DNA from: a virus
Direction: 5' to 3' (one strand)
IMG/VR virus record: IMGVR_UViG_3300028840_004512
Span: 3,333 to 67,332 of that record
Length of the DNA stretch: 64,000 nucleotides
Below the pieces are notes generated by a model. That model was given only the letters and a program-made list of their open reading frames with translations, made no database searches and was not told the DNA's origin. Position numbers and translations under genes: made by a program. Below, piece by piece: positions 1-8,541 of the stretch (position 1 is its first letter; the number at the start of each line of letters is the position of its first letter).

Positions 1-556
1 TACGGGTCAGCATGACGGCAAGCGCCCCGGCAGGCAGGTAGCCACCTACGTGACCGTGGGTCAGCGCTGCGCTAGCGCAGCCGTACCGCCAAGCTTCCTC
101 ACGCTTATAGACGAGCCCTATAGGCGCTACACGCATCACACCGCCACAGCCCTTGCTCGTGTTGATGGGAGCCTTCACATGGCCCGCTATGCCCGAGAGG
201 AGCGAGCCGGTGCAGGTGTTGCCGGGGCCGCGGCGCGCCTTGTCGTCCTCAATCTGCGTGATCATCCACTCCACATACTCGGTGTAGATGTAGGGCGTGG
301 GGTCGACGTAGCCGCGACCCTTGTAGCGCTTATCACGATCACGAGCCGCGACAACCCCGCGCGCGGTGGCCAAGCTCATCTGGGTGTCGTCGGTATAGGC
401 GCCCATGACCCCGAAGCAGCTCTCCAGCTCCGTCACCCCGTCGAGCCCATACTTTGCGATCAGCTGCGACTGCCCCAGGAACTCCACAGGAGCACCCAAA
501 GCATCGCCACAGGCGAGCCCGAGAACGCACCCTCGTATCCTATCTCTCTTATCCAT
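1..556 (-). CDS. ADP-ribosylglycohydrolase (ARH/DraG family), runs off the left edge; absent from the ORF track
   Basis: Manual translation from ATG 556: MDKRDRIRGCVLGLACGDALGAPVEF...YTDDTQM...RRGPGNTC...SKGCGGVMRVAPIGL...AALTHGH, the ARH signature motifs. Confidence 0.93.
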   Translation of the reverse strand, partial: MDKRDRIRGCVLGLACGDALGAPVEFLGQSQLIAKYGLDGVTELESCFGVMGAYTDDTQMSLATARGVVAARDRDKRYKGRGYVDPTPYIYTEYVEWMITQIEDDKARRGPGNTCTGSLLSGIAGHVKAPINTSKGCGGVMRVAPIGLVYKREEAWRYGCASAALTHGHVGGYLPAGALAVMLTR

Positions 557-568
557 TCCTTCGTCCTT

Positions 569-802
569 TCAACCGGCCAACAGCCCAGCCTCCTCGTACA
601 CCAACGCAGCATGCGCTGGGCACAGGAGGTTCCTCGCACAACGAAAGCAGAGCGGCCTGGCACATATCTGCCCTACCTTCCTGCCCCGCAAGGGGAAGCA
701 GCACTGCGTTTGCCCCCGTCGTATCTTACACTCCGAGCACGTGACCCAGCCCCGCGTATCCGCGAAGCTCGGAAAGGCCCGCTCGCGCCACCCGCTACCC
801 AT
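569..802 (-). CDS. small Cys/His zinc-finger protein
   Basis: CxxC...GQICARPLCxxC...LCPAH; paralog of 1306..1533; start moved to ATG 802. Confidence 0.75.
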   Translation of the reverse strand: MGSGWRERAFPSFADTRGWVTCSECKIRRGQTQCCFPLRGRKVGQICARPLCFRCARNLLCPAHAALVYEEAGLLAG

Positions 803-1316
803 TCTGCTGCTCCCTTTGCGCGCGCACTTGAGCCAGATACCAGTCAGGCTCAGCCGCCAACGCCTCAATCCTCCGCCGCTGGTAAGCATCCCACTCTGGA
901 CGCCGCACCTCTGGTACCTCCCACGCAACAAAGTGCTCAATGGGCCGAGTCATCTTCTCTTGCTCAACACGACGTCGCTCCGCGCGCTCTTCGCGACGCC
1001 ACGCGTTAAACTGCGCCCACCCTTCAAAAAGAGCCTTGACTATCCTCTCATCCTTCACCCTCGGACGCCAACGCGCGTCCCAGCACCCCACGCACACAAC
1101 ATGGTAGACCCCCCCATACTCATACTCCCTTATCGTGTAGGCCGCCGTCCCCTTGAGCAGCTTCTCCCCGCAGCTACGACAACGTCCCCCCCGACGCCTC
1201 TTCCCAAAGCGCGCTGCCAGCATAGTAGGCCAATCGTCATCAAGGCCATCTCGACAAACCGCGCGCCCATCCTCGTTAAGCTCTAGACCGGCCAAAACCT
1301 CCTCGTCATTCGCCAT
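795..1316 (-). CDS. hypothetical protein with CxxC/HxxC motifs
   Basis: 173-aa ORF packed between neighbours; CRSC and HVVC motifs. Confidence 0.7.
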   Translation of the reverse strand: MANDEEVLAGLELNEDGRAVCRDGLDDDWPTMLAARFGKRRRGGRCRSCGEKLLKGTAAYTIREYEYGGVYHVVCVGCWDARWRPRVKDERIVKALFEGWAQFNAWRREERAERRRVEQEKMTRPIEHFVAWEVPEVRRPEWDAYQRRRIEALAAEPDWYLAQVRAQREQQNG

Positions 1317-1533
1317 GCCGTCGCCCTTTCACTAGCCGAGCATGTGCTGGGCACAGCCCGTCATGGCTACAGGCCGCACAGAGCGGCCGCGCGCATATCT
1401 GCCCCGCCTTCTTTCCCTTGAGCTTAAACTGGCACTCCTCGACCGCACGGCGGCCGCAGGCAGCGCAGTCAACGCGCTCTCGGCTGCAAACGAAGCCCGA
1501 GACCTCCCCAACCTGGAAGGGCTTGCAGGTCAC
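1306..1533 (-). CDS. small Cys/His zinc-finger protein
   Basis: CAAC...GQICARPLCAAC...LCPAH; GTG start overlaps the upstream stop (GTGA). Confidence 0.75.
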   Translation of the reverse strand: MTCKPFQVGEVSGFVCSRERVDCAACGRRAVEECQFKLKGKKAGQICARPLCAACSHDGLCPAHARLVKGRRHGE

Positions 1534-1811
1534 CCTCGGGCCTCCAGCTTCTTTGCAATGCAGGTGAAGCGGCTGCCCGGCCGCCAACCGTCCGGCTTGC
1601 GCTCACAGAAGCGCTGCACGTACTCAGGCCAGCAGCGCTTCACCTGCTCCCACACCTGCGCCTCCGTAGAGGCATCGATGACCGCGCACAGGGAGAACTG
1701 CGGCTCCGTGTCCCGCTCCCCCGAGCAGCCCCAAGCAGGTGTCTCTGCGTCGTCCAACAAAGGGCGGCAATCCCCCGCCGCTCCTCCCCACCAGCTGACC
1801 CAGAATCTCAT
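1530..1811 (-). CDS. hypothetical protein
   Basis: 93 aa, 4-nt overlaps with both neighbours. Confidence 0.7.
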   Translation of the reverse strand: MRFWVSWWGGAAGDCRPLLDDAETPAWGCSGERDTEPQFSLCAVIDASTEAQVWEQVKRCWPEYVQRFCERKPDGWRPGSRFTCIAKKLEARG

Positions 1812-2062
1812 GATGCGCCGCCTTTCCTCCGCCCCCGGCCCCCAAAACGCTCCGGCGCCTCAAAGCCCCGTTGGCGCAGACGCGCCAAGAGCAGCGTGAT
1901 GGCCCCACGACGGCTCGGCGAGCCCCCAAACACCACCGGGCTCTGGTCACTGACCGGAGGCGTGAAACGCCAATGCAGCTTGCGCGTCCTCTCCACGGTC
2001 CAGCCTTGCCGCTGGGCGGCACGTTTGATGGCCCTAAAACGATCGTCTTTCTCCGCTAGCAT
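1808..2062 (-). CDS. HicA-like (dsRBD-fold) small protein
   Basis: AAQRQGWTVERTRKLHWRF...GSPS...LRQRGF resembles phage HicA-like proteins. Confidence 0.55.
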   Translation of the reverse strand: MLAEKDDRFRAIKRAAQRQGWTVERTRKLHWRFTPPVSDQSPVVFGGSPSRRGAITLLLARLRQRGFEAPERFGGRGRRKGGAS

Positions 2063-2064
2063 CT

Positions 2065-2649
2065 CTATACCCTCATTGCTCCAGTCGGATGAATGTTGAA
2101 GCTCAGCCTACGCTCAGTGCGTAGGAACACCTGAACAGCCCGAGCCATGTAGGCCGCCACAGTGACGATAAAGGGGAGGTGCTCCCCATCCTCACAGGTA
2201 GCCGCCCCCTCGGCGGGCTCATCGTCAATCGTGAAGCTCTCGGACCACAGCACACGGCCAAAGGCTCCATCCGCTGCCAGGGCCCCATGTAGGCACGGCG
2301 TGGAGGTCCGAGAGGCATAGCTCTGTACGAGCCTGCGGGCCGCTCCATTGTCCAAGCAGTCAACAAGGAGGTCAGCATCACCGAGGAGCTGCTCCACATT
2401 GGCCGACGCCAGCTTATGCGGGATAACCGTCAGCTTGACCCCCCAGAGCATCTGCATGGTCTGGTTGAGCGCCAAGACCTTCGTCTTGCCTACCATCCGC
2501 GCGCCGTGGAACTGACTAACGGTATTCTTCCTCTCCACTCTGTCGTGATCAATTACCTTGAATCTCACCTCTCGCTCTGACCGCAAGAACTGGACAACGT
2601 GCGACCCGAGAGCTCCAATCCCCACGATCGTCGTCCTATGCTTCCTCAT
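2065..2649 (-). CDS. ThiF/E1-like ubiquitin-like-protein activating enzyme
   Basis: IVGIGALGS glycine loop, IDHDRVERKN..SQ, VGKTKV, VDCLDN..AR, candidate catalytic Cys in ATCED. Confidence 0.9.
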   Translation of the reverse strand: MRKHRTTIVGIGALGSHVVQFLRSEREVRFKVIDHDRVERKNTVSQFHGARMVGKTKVLALNQTMQMLWGVKLTVIPHKLASANVEQLLGDADLLVDCLDNGAARRLVQSYASRTSTPCLHGALAADGAFGRVLWSESFTIDDEPAEGAATCEDGEHLPFIVTVAAYMARAVQVFLRTERRLSFNIHPTGAMRV

Positions 2650-2948
2650 CCTCCGTCCCTTTCGTGCTGCTTGCTAAAGGCTCTCGCCCTTCGCACCATG
2701 TCCTGCCAGTTGTGCGCCGTCGTCTCGAACAGCACCTTACCCCGCTCATCGCTGAGCTTGACGTTGTAGGTGGCTATCTTCCGCGGCTTCCGCACGTGGA
2801 GGTTCCGCAGCACTAGAGTGTGGGAGCCCCCTCCCTCTAGGTCTCGCTGCCACTCCTGGCGCTTAAACGAGTGCCACGAGGGCGCCGCGTAGCCCGAGGC
2901 GCTCCACTGGTCAGGAACGCCGGGGTCAGTCATTCGCCATCGGCCCAT
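2646..2948 (-). CDS. hypothetical protein
   Basis: 100-aa ORF coupled to E1 by an ATGA overlap. Confidence 0.65.
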   Translation of the reverse strand: MGRWRMTDPGVPDQWSASGYAAPSWHSFKRQEWQRDLEGGGSHTLVLRNLHVRKPRKIATYNVKLSDERGKVLFETTAHNWQDMVRRARAFSKQHERDGG

Positions 2949-2951
2949 CGC

Positions 2952-3227
2952 TCACCGTCCTTTCCGCCGGCGCTCACGACGCTGCGCTTTACGCTGGTTC
3001 CTCGTCAACGGCTTGCGGTTTGCTGCGGCACGCAGGCGCTTGCGCTCCTTGGCCGCCCACTCCAGCCGCTGCTCTTGCGTCATGGCGTGTAGCTTCGCGC
3101 TGAGCTCCGGAGGGATAGGCACTAAGGCCGTATCGTCCCCCTGCAGCATCCGCTGCACTGACTGCTCCATCGCCTCCTTGGTCAGCTCTGTGTTGGCCTT
3201 GTAGATGCGGCCGCTCATCGGGTCCAT
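2952..3227 (-). CDS. hypothetical protein, basic C-terminus
   Basis: 91-aa ORF with RBS-like GGAGG upstream. Confidence 0.7.
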   Translation of the reverse strand: MDPMSGRIYKANTELTKEAMEQSVQRMLQGDDTALVPIPPELSAKLHAMTQEQRLEWAAKERKRLRAAANRKPLTRNQRKAQRRERRRKGR

Positions 3228-3661
3228 GTCTGAAGCCTCCTCTTTGCCCCACGTCGTCCTCTGCCGCCCTTTCGGACCTCCTCGGGGAGCGGGGGCAGGT
3301 AGCGCCTAAAACGGCGCGAGAACCGCCGCAGCGTCCGGATGTCGCGGGGGTCATCAATGTCCGAGAGGTCTTTGACTGAGTAGAGCCACGCCTGCTCGGC
3401 GAGCTCCGCGTCAATGTCCTCGTCCTCCTTCTCCCAGGGGGCATGTGCCCAACGCCCACGACAGGGGTAGCCTAGGATGTGGATGGCGTTGAGCAACGCT
3501 TGAAGGGTGAGCATGGGGTGGCGCCAGTCGCCGAGCAGCCCTTGCTCTACGAGCTTAGGGATGTCCCCGTCCACCTGCTGACACAGACCGTTGAGGTCGA
3601 GCAGCTGCTTGTCCGTGGGGGGCTCCTCAGTGAACCTAATCTCCGTCCGAAACCAAGGCAT
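3215..3661 (-). CDS. hypothetical protein
   Basis: Start moved to ATG 3661 (MPWFRTEIRF), adjacent to the upstream stop. Confidence 0.65.
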   Translation of the reverse strand: MPWFRTEIRFTEEPPTDKQLLDLNGLCQQVDGDIPKLVEQGLLGDWRHPMLTLQALLNAIHILGYPCRGRWAHAPWEKEDEDIDAELAEQAWLYSVKDLSDIDDPRDIRTLRRFSRRFRRYLPPLPEEVRKGGRGRRGAKRRLQTWTR

Positions 3662-3662
3662 A

Positions 3663-4076
3663 CTAACGCTCCAAAAGCTGTAGGCAGCCGCATAGGAAGC
3701 GCGGCTTATCGTGCGCCTCACACCACCCACACTGATGATGGCCCGCCTCCCCCGCCTGCTTACAGACCACACGGTGGAGGTCGTCCTGCTGCGGTAGCTG
3801 CCCGGCAGCTTCAACGAAACGGACGAAAGCCTCCGCATTGTCTAGCGCCGTCTTGAGGGCGCACGCAGGTAGGTGAATCACGAGCTCCCTCTTGGGGTCC
3901 CATTGGTTGTCTTTCGAGCTGGCCCCGCACTCAGGACAGAAGGACAGCTCACCGCGGCCAGCATCCTCAAAGCTCAGCTCGTTGAAGTGCTCAAGAAGCT
4001 GCTCAACCACCTCCAGAGCGACACCAGCGGAGCTGTCTGCTGCTGGGCGCTCACCAGCCCCCATCACCCCTCCCAT
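3663..4076 (-). CDS. Cys/His-rich hypothetical protein
   Basis: CPEC, HxxxC and CGWC..H...F.CGC motifs. Confidence 0.65.
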   Translation of the reverse strand: MGGVMGAGERPAADSSAGVALEVVEQLLEHFNELSFEDAGRGELSFCPECGASSKDNQWDPKRELVIHLPACALKTALDNAEAFVRFVEAAGQLPQQDDLHRVVCKQAGEAGHHQCGWCEAHDKPRFLCGCLQLLER

Positions 4077-4302
4077 CGGTCAGGCGCTGGACCGGGTTAG
4101 GCTTTGGCTCAGGGAAGGGCTTGAGGAACTCATCTAGGAGCCATAGGCGGGCAGAGAAGTCCATCCCCCTCGTGGTCTGCAGAAGGTGGTCAACAGCCTT
4201 GTCGCTGAAGTGCTGGCGTAGCAGGCGCTCCATCCTCCCCATAGCGAGGCGCTTGTTGGCCGCCCCCACCGTGCCCGACGTAATCATGTAGCCTCCGCTC
4301 AT
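4051..4302 (-). CDS. hypothetical protein
   Basis: ATG overlaps the upstream stop (ATGA). Confidence 0.6.
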   Translation of the reverse strand: MSGGYMITSGTVGAANKRLAMGRMERLLRQHFSDKAVDHLLQTTRGMDFSARLWLLDEFLKPFPEPKPNPVQRLTDGRGDGGW

Positions 4303-4487
4303 GACCTCTCCCAAAGCTCAACGAGCTTGGCAAGCTGAGCATCCGAGAGCACCGGAGCCGCATCGTACTGCTCTCGAACGCTCGCGAGGAACTCCCGCTC
4401 CCACTCGTTGTAATCCGTCCCGCCCCGGTGCAAAGGCGTCTTCGCCGCCTCCTCACAGTCCCGCAGCATAGCTCCTATATCAGCCAT
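4299..4487 (-). CDS. small hypothetical phage protein
   Basis: NEWEREFLASVREQ...LSDAQLAKLVELW; directly after a consensus promoter. Confidence 0.75.
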   Translation of the reverse strand: MADIGAMLRDCEEAAKTPLHRGGTDYNEWEREFLASVREQYDAAPVLSDAQLAKLVELWERS

Positions 4488-4493
4488 GAAGGG

Positions 4494-4522
4494 ACTCTAC
4501 CCCATAGGCTGGTGATTGTCAA
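4494..4522 (-). promoter_or_regulatory. sigma70-type promoter, leaderless
   Basis: TTGACA-17bp-TAGAGT, then 6 nt to ATG 4487. Confidence 0.8.
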
Positions 4523-4941
4523 GTAGGCTCGCGGTGCCAACCGTACAGGGAGGAGGCGTTGGGAGGGGGGAGCACCCAATACTTACCGACCGAGCTCACC
4601 ATCTTGGCGTAGCGGCGCTCCTCCGCAGCGTGGTGGGCAGCCAAGGCAGCCCCTGAGCTGGAGCTGCCCTCATTCTGCAGCATCTCCGGAGGAACGCGGA
4701 GAGCCTTGGCTACACGGCGCTGAAACTCCTCCACCTCAGCCATAAGCTCCGCAAAGCTTGGCGCCGTTGAGGGGTTGTAGGCCACCGTGTTACGCCGCAG
4801 CGTATACAGGCTCTCAAAAGGCTCAGCGATATCCACACCCACCGTAGCCTCAAACCCCGCCCCGCAGACGTAACAGCGAATCTCCGCTCCCACCGAGGCC
4901 GCTCGGCCAGGCCGACACCGCGGGCAACGTGTGATGTTCAT
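4519..4941 (-). CDS. Zn-ribbon protein (paralog of 5822..6265)
   Basis: CPRC...CYVC N-terminus; C-terminal VGKYWVL...LYGWH. Confidence 0.75.
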   Translation of the reverse strand: MNITRCPRCRPGRAASVGAEIRCYVCGAGFEATVGVDIAEPFESLYTLRRNTVAYNPSTAPSFAELMAEVEEFQRRVAKALRVPPEMLQNEGSSSSGAALAAHHAAEERRYAKMVSSVGKYWVLPPPNASSLYGWHREPT

Positions 4942-4947
4942 GATTCG

Positions 4948-4976
4948 ACGGTACCCTATACCGGCGCGGTTGTCAA
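4948..4976 (-). promoter_or_regulatory. sigma70-type promoter, leaderless
   Basis: TTGACA-17bp-TACCGT, then 6 nt to ATG 4941. Confidence 0.8.
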
Positions 4977-5020
4977 AGCAGGGTGATGGGGGTCTCGGGC
5001 CCTTATGCTATCCTCGAAGC

Positions 5021-5896
5021 ATGGACCTGGTGCAGATGACGAGGGACGGCCTGGCGCGATTCGAGTACCTACCGCTGACGGTGACGGACGGGGAGCGAAC
5101 GTTGACGGTCAACGTGATGCGAGACGCCATCAAGTTTGACGACATGCCGGCGATGCGGTGGAACCGCACGGTGCTCGACCCAAACGATCGCTATGATGGT
5201 GTGAGACCGGGAGCAGACGGCCGAGAGATTCAGCAGATTGCTGACCTGCTGGACTGCTACCTCATGACGCCGCTACTGCTGGACCGGCTGACACTGGAGG
5301 CCAAGCGGAGCGGGGTCTACATCGACGCAGTGACGGGCTACAAGGAGGGGGGTAGGTGGGTCATCGGTGCCCTGGCAGACGTGCACAAGCTCCACAGGAA
5401 GATTCAAAGGGAGCTTGAGAAGGCCGGAGGCGATAACGGCGGCCTGGTGGCCGTGGTCGGTAAGTACTGGGTTCTCAGCAACTGGCTACTCAAAGGCCGC
5501 TTCAGCAACGTCCGTGGGCGCAACGTGCAGCTAATTAACTACGGCTGGTTCTCCAAGTACGGCAACTACACCAGCGTGACCGGCAAGCTCAAGTGCTACC
5601 AGGTGGCCCACATCCAGGGGGACGCACATAACACTCCCCACTTCGACCCCGCCCAGGTCATACGGCTTGTGCACAAGGACGTAATGCTCATCGAGGAGGA
5701 CAAGGAGCCCGTCGTGATGGACCTAGCCGACATCATGACCAGCCCCGAGCTGTGCGGGCTCGTGAGCCACGAGGGGCCGCTGAAGATCACCCGCGTGCCC
5801 AGCGTAGACAAGCTCGACCCGCTACCCGCTGGGGTCTACTCCGCTCCCCCCGAGCTTGTCGGCATCACGGACTGGGGCGAGACCCCTAGCGCATAA
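5021..5896 (+). CDS. conserved-looking hypothetical enzyme-like protein, oriented opposite to its neighbours
   Basis: Extended -10 TGcTATCCT 6 nt before ATG 5021; motifs VGKYWVLSN, INYGWF, HNTPHFD..QVIRLV. Confidence 0.8.
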   Translation: MDLVQMTRDGLARFEYLPLTVTDGERTLTVNVMRDAIKFDDMPAMRWNRTVLDPNDRYDGVRPGADGREIQQIADLLDCYLMTPLLLDRLTLEAKRSGVYIDAVTGYKEGGRWVIGALADVHKLHRKIQRELEKAGGDNGGLVAVVGKYWVLSNWLLKGRFSNVRGRNVQLINYGWFSKYGNYTSVTGKLKCYQVAHIQGDAHNTPHFDPAQVIRLVHKDVMLIEEDKEPVVMDLADIMTSPELCGLVSHEGPLKITRVPSVDKLDPLPAGVYSAPPELVGITDWGETPSA

Positions 5897-6265
5897 AAGC
5901 CTCCGAGCATGCCAGCCGTACAAGCTACGAGAACACGCTGGCGGCAACACCCACCACTTACCGGACGCAACCAACGCAGCGCTAGCTCGGCTACCCGCAC
6001 CACCCGTGACCAGCAGCTCCGCGGGCACCCTTTGGGCGCGGTAGAGACGGCGCTCTAACTCCGCCACGTTGGCCACAATCTCCGCCCCGGTCGGCCGCAA
6101 CGGCTCAAAGTTTACGGTATGGGCCGGGTACAGATGCTCAAAGGGCTCGGAGATGCTGATACCGACCTCCGCCTCAAAGAGCTGCCCGCAGAAATAGCAA
6201 CGCACAGTCCAGCCTACAGCCGCCGCTCGACCCGTCCGACACCGAGGACAACGCGTGACGTTCAT
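5822..6265 (-). CDS. Zn-ribbon protein (paralog of 4519..4941)
   Basis: MNVTRCPRCRTGRAA..RCYFCG..FEAEVG..I.EPFE.LY aligns with 4519..4941. Confidence 0.75.
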   Translation of the reverse strand: MNVTRCPRCRTGRAAAVGWTVRCYFCGQLFEAEVGISISEPFEHLYPAHTVNFEPLRPTGAEIVANVAELERRLYRAQRVPAELLVTGGAGSRASAALVASGKWWVLPPACSRSLYGWHARRLLCARGLAPVRDADKLGGSGVDPSG

Positions 6266-6633
6266 CGCGCCTCCTCGGTGTGGATGCCGTCATCCACCGC
6301 GCCGAAGAAGGGGCTCGGGTGGTCGCCCGGTATCAGCGCCTCGACCATACATAGGTTCGCCGCATCCACCAGGCACTCCTGATTGCCCGTCTCAAGGTAC
6401 AGCTCCAGGCGCTTGATGGCTGAGCGGATGTTGTGGCGCCGAGGGCGCGCGGTCCTGTCGGTCTCACGGTTTGAGCCATAGCGGAAGAAGCCCATGACCA
6501 GCCTAGCCCGCATCCAGCGCTCAAAGCGCTTGCTCCACTGCATATGCCACAGCTCCTGTACGGTATAGGGAGGGGGCCCCATACCCGCCTTGAAAAGCAG
6601 GTCCTCACGCAGCTGATCGTGGACGCTCCTCAT
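6262..6633 (-). CDS. putative all-alpha NTP pyrophosphohydrolase-like protein
   Basis: MGFFRYG...RLELYLETGNQECLVDAANLCMVE pattern. Confidence 0.5.
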   Translation of the reverse strand: MRSVHDQLREDLLFKAGMGPPPYTVQELWHMQWSKRFERWMRARLVMGFFRYGSNRETDRTARPRRHNIRSAIKRLELYLETGNQECLVDAANLCMVEALIPGDHPSPFFGAVDDGIHTEEAR

Positions 6634-6929
6634 AGCGCGACCGTAGACACCACTCGGGGAGGCTCTCCCCGAACAGCGACCCCGTCCGGCAGCTCCAGCA
6701 CACCCTTCACCGGGTCCTCATGCAGCGCCAAAAAGCTCACCACGTGCCCATCCCGCAAGGACCGCAGAATGTCCACCACCTCCAGAAGCAAGCAGTCGTC
6801 GTCCTCGTCCACATACGACGTGTCATCATCGCTAGTGTAGAGCAGCTGCAACACGAAGTCCTCACAGTGCCCACAGGACTCATCGCTCAGAAAGCTCTGC
6901 ATCTCCTCAGTCGCCGTCGTGTGATCCAC
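6630..6929 (-). CDS. acidic hypothetical protein
   Basis: 99-aa ORF in operon-like packing. Confidence 0.6.
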   Translation of the reverse strand: MDHTTATEEMQSFLSDESCGHCEDFVLQLLYTSDDDTSYVDEDDDCLLLEVVDILRSLRDGHVVSFLALHEDPVKGVLELPDGVAVRGEPPRVVSTVAL

Positions 6930-7383
6930 CGCCGTCCTCCTTTATGCGCGCGGCCCCAACCTCCAAAGCCGCTTCCAACTCCGCTCCTTCCGAAGCGCCG
7001 TAGACGTACTCCTGGAAGAAGATCGACCCTTTGGGCGCCTCCAACGGCTTAAGCTCCGTCACCTCGTGCTTAGGAGGCGGCTCATCCATCGGGACCTCAG
7101 TCAGCACAGGACCCTCGGGCCACCCCTTGAAGCAGTAGCGGCGAAGGACCCTACCATCCTCACGGGTGGTGGGCTCAATCTCATCGAACGCCTCCGCAGG
7201 AATGCCTATAGGCCCGAAGGGCGCCGGTCTCCGTCGACGCACCGCCAGCGCCTTATCGCAACCGCCCGAGAGCATCTTAAAGGTGGCGAGCAGCTCGTCC
7301 TCCAAAGAGAGGTCGTCCAGCATCTTCTCGTAGAACCGCTTGATGTCCTCACCGCTCATCGGCTTGTCGTCCTTGTCAGCCAT
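6907..7383 (-). CDS. hypothetical protein
   Basis: 158-aa ORF with overlapping stop/start. Confidence 0.7.
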   Translation of the reverse strand: MADKDDKPMSGEDIKRFYEKMLDDLSLEDELLATFKMLSGGCDKALAVRRRRPAPFGPIGIPAEAFDEIEPTTREDGRVLRRYCFKGWPEGPVLTEVPMDEPPPKHEVTELKPLEAPKGSIFFQEYVYGASEGAELEAALEVGAARIKEDGGGSHDGD

Positions 7384-7598
7384 CAGTTACGGAGCTCCTC
7401 ATTCACCCGCTTGTGCACGCGCAGTAGCGTGTCCTTCACAACCTCCGGCAAAGGCTCGTCCGCACGAGCCAATGCAACCGAAAGCTCCTCCGAGAGGATA
7501 GTCTTTAAGCCCTCCTGGTCAACATCCGGGAAGCGCCGCCGTACCGCCACAACCAAGACACTCATAGCCTGCTTATACGCCTCTTGACCTATCTCCAC
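7383..7598 (-). CDS. small helical hypothetical protein
   Basis: 71-aa ORF, TGATG coupling. Confidence 0.65.
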   Translation of the reverse strand: MEIGQEAYKQAMSVLVVAVRRRFPDVDQEGLKTILSEELSVALARADEPLPEVVKDTLLRVHKRVNEELRN

Positions 7599-7602
7599 CG
7601 CT

Positions 7603-8007
7603 TCACCTCAGCGGGCAGCCTAGCTGGGCTGCCTCCTTCTTCGCCTCATCATAGGTTTGGTAGGTACCGTACGTGATATCCTCCCCCCAAGGCACCGCCC
7701 CGGTAAGAGTGTACTTGCAGGCACATCCCGCCACTTTCCGAATGACGCAGAACTCAGGCTCGCTAGGCGATGTGAACGCCATCCAGATGCTGTAGAAGGC
7801 GCCCACGATGACCGCCAGAAGCCCAAGAGCTAGGGGGATCACTAAGAGCGCGTTCTTAACCCAAGCGATTCCCCACGCGCTCCGCGCTTTACGCTCCGCC
7901 CTCCCCACATCTGCTACCAGCTGCCGTATCTCAGCGTCCTTTGCCTTCGCAACCTCACGTAGCCTACCGACCTCTTCTGCCAGCAAGGTGCTCTCGTCAT
8001 CCGCCAT
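7603..8007 (-). CDS. membrane protein (coiled coil plus one TM helix)
   Basis: ALLVIPLALGLLAVIVGAFYSIWMAF hydrophobic stretch; start at MADDE. Confidence 0.7.
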   Translation of the reverse strand: MADDESTLLAEEVGRLREVAKAKDAEIRQLVADVGRAERKARSAWGIAWVKNALLVIPLALGLLAVIVGAFYSIWMAFTSPSEPEFCVIRKVAGCACKYTLTGAVPWGEDITYGTYQTYDEAKKEAAQLGCPLR

Positions 8008-8197
8008 GTTTCCCTCGTCCGACCAGCTCGCGCACGTCGACCCCACGAGCTGCAAGCTTCCTCACATCCACAAGGGCGATGGTCGGGGCTGTGACGCCCT
8101 GAGCTATCGCCCAGTCCTTCGCGCGCGTGCGCGTGCGTTCGATGACCACAATGTTAAGGCGATCATCGAGCGCAGCGTAACGATAACACCTCAGCAC
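7997..8197 (-). CDS. small hypothetical protein
   Basis: 66-aa ORF filling the gap after the Ubl gene. Confidence 0.5.
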   Translation of the reverse strand: MLRCYRYAALDDRLNIVVIERTRTRAKDWAIAQGVTAPTIALVDVRKLAARGVDVRELVGRGKHGG

Positions 8198-8529
8198 GAG
8201 CCGAAAGGCGTCTTTGGGCGGATCACTACCCTACTAGGAAGACCGTCCTTCGCATCGAACCTATCGACCACGAAGTCCTGGAAGCTCGCGTTGGGGTCCG
8301 CGTCGATACCAGGAATCCCTCCCGTCTGCACCGCCTCCGTCGCCCACTGAAGGATGTCAGCATCCGAGGCGTCCCGCGGCACAGGGTCCGGTAGATCACC
8401 GTTAGTACCTGACCAAGTAACATTGAGCCGCGCTTGGTCCTCACCGATGGCAGTAGCAGCATTGACCAGCTGCTCAACCGTCTCATCCTGCCGTTGCTCT
8501 AGCTCGTAGCCTTCTCCGTCCATTGCCAT
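8191..8529 (-). CDS. ubiquitin-like (beta-grasp) protein with a short C-terminal extension
   Basis: ARLNVTW...FVVDRF...VVIRPKTPFG-SC; C-terminal strand ends in Gly plus 2 residues; next to JAB. Confidence 0.7.
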   Translation of the reverse strand: MAMDGEGYELEQRQDETVEQLVNAATAIGEDQARLNVTWSGTNGDLPDPVPRDASDADILQWATEAVQTGGIPGIDADPNASFQDFVVDRFDAKDGLPSRVVIRPKTPFGSC

Positions 8530-8541
8530 TGTTCTATTCTC

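Noticed and set aside
50-1286. Long + strand ORFs 50..1009 and 405..1286
   Set aside because: Antisense shadows of the ARH and zinc-finger genes; no motifs.
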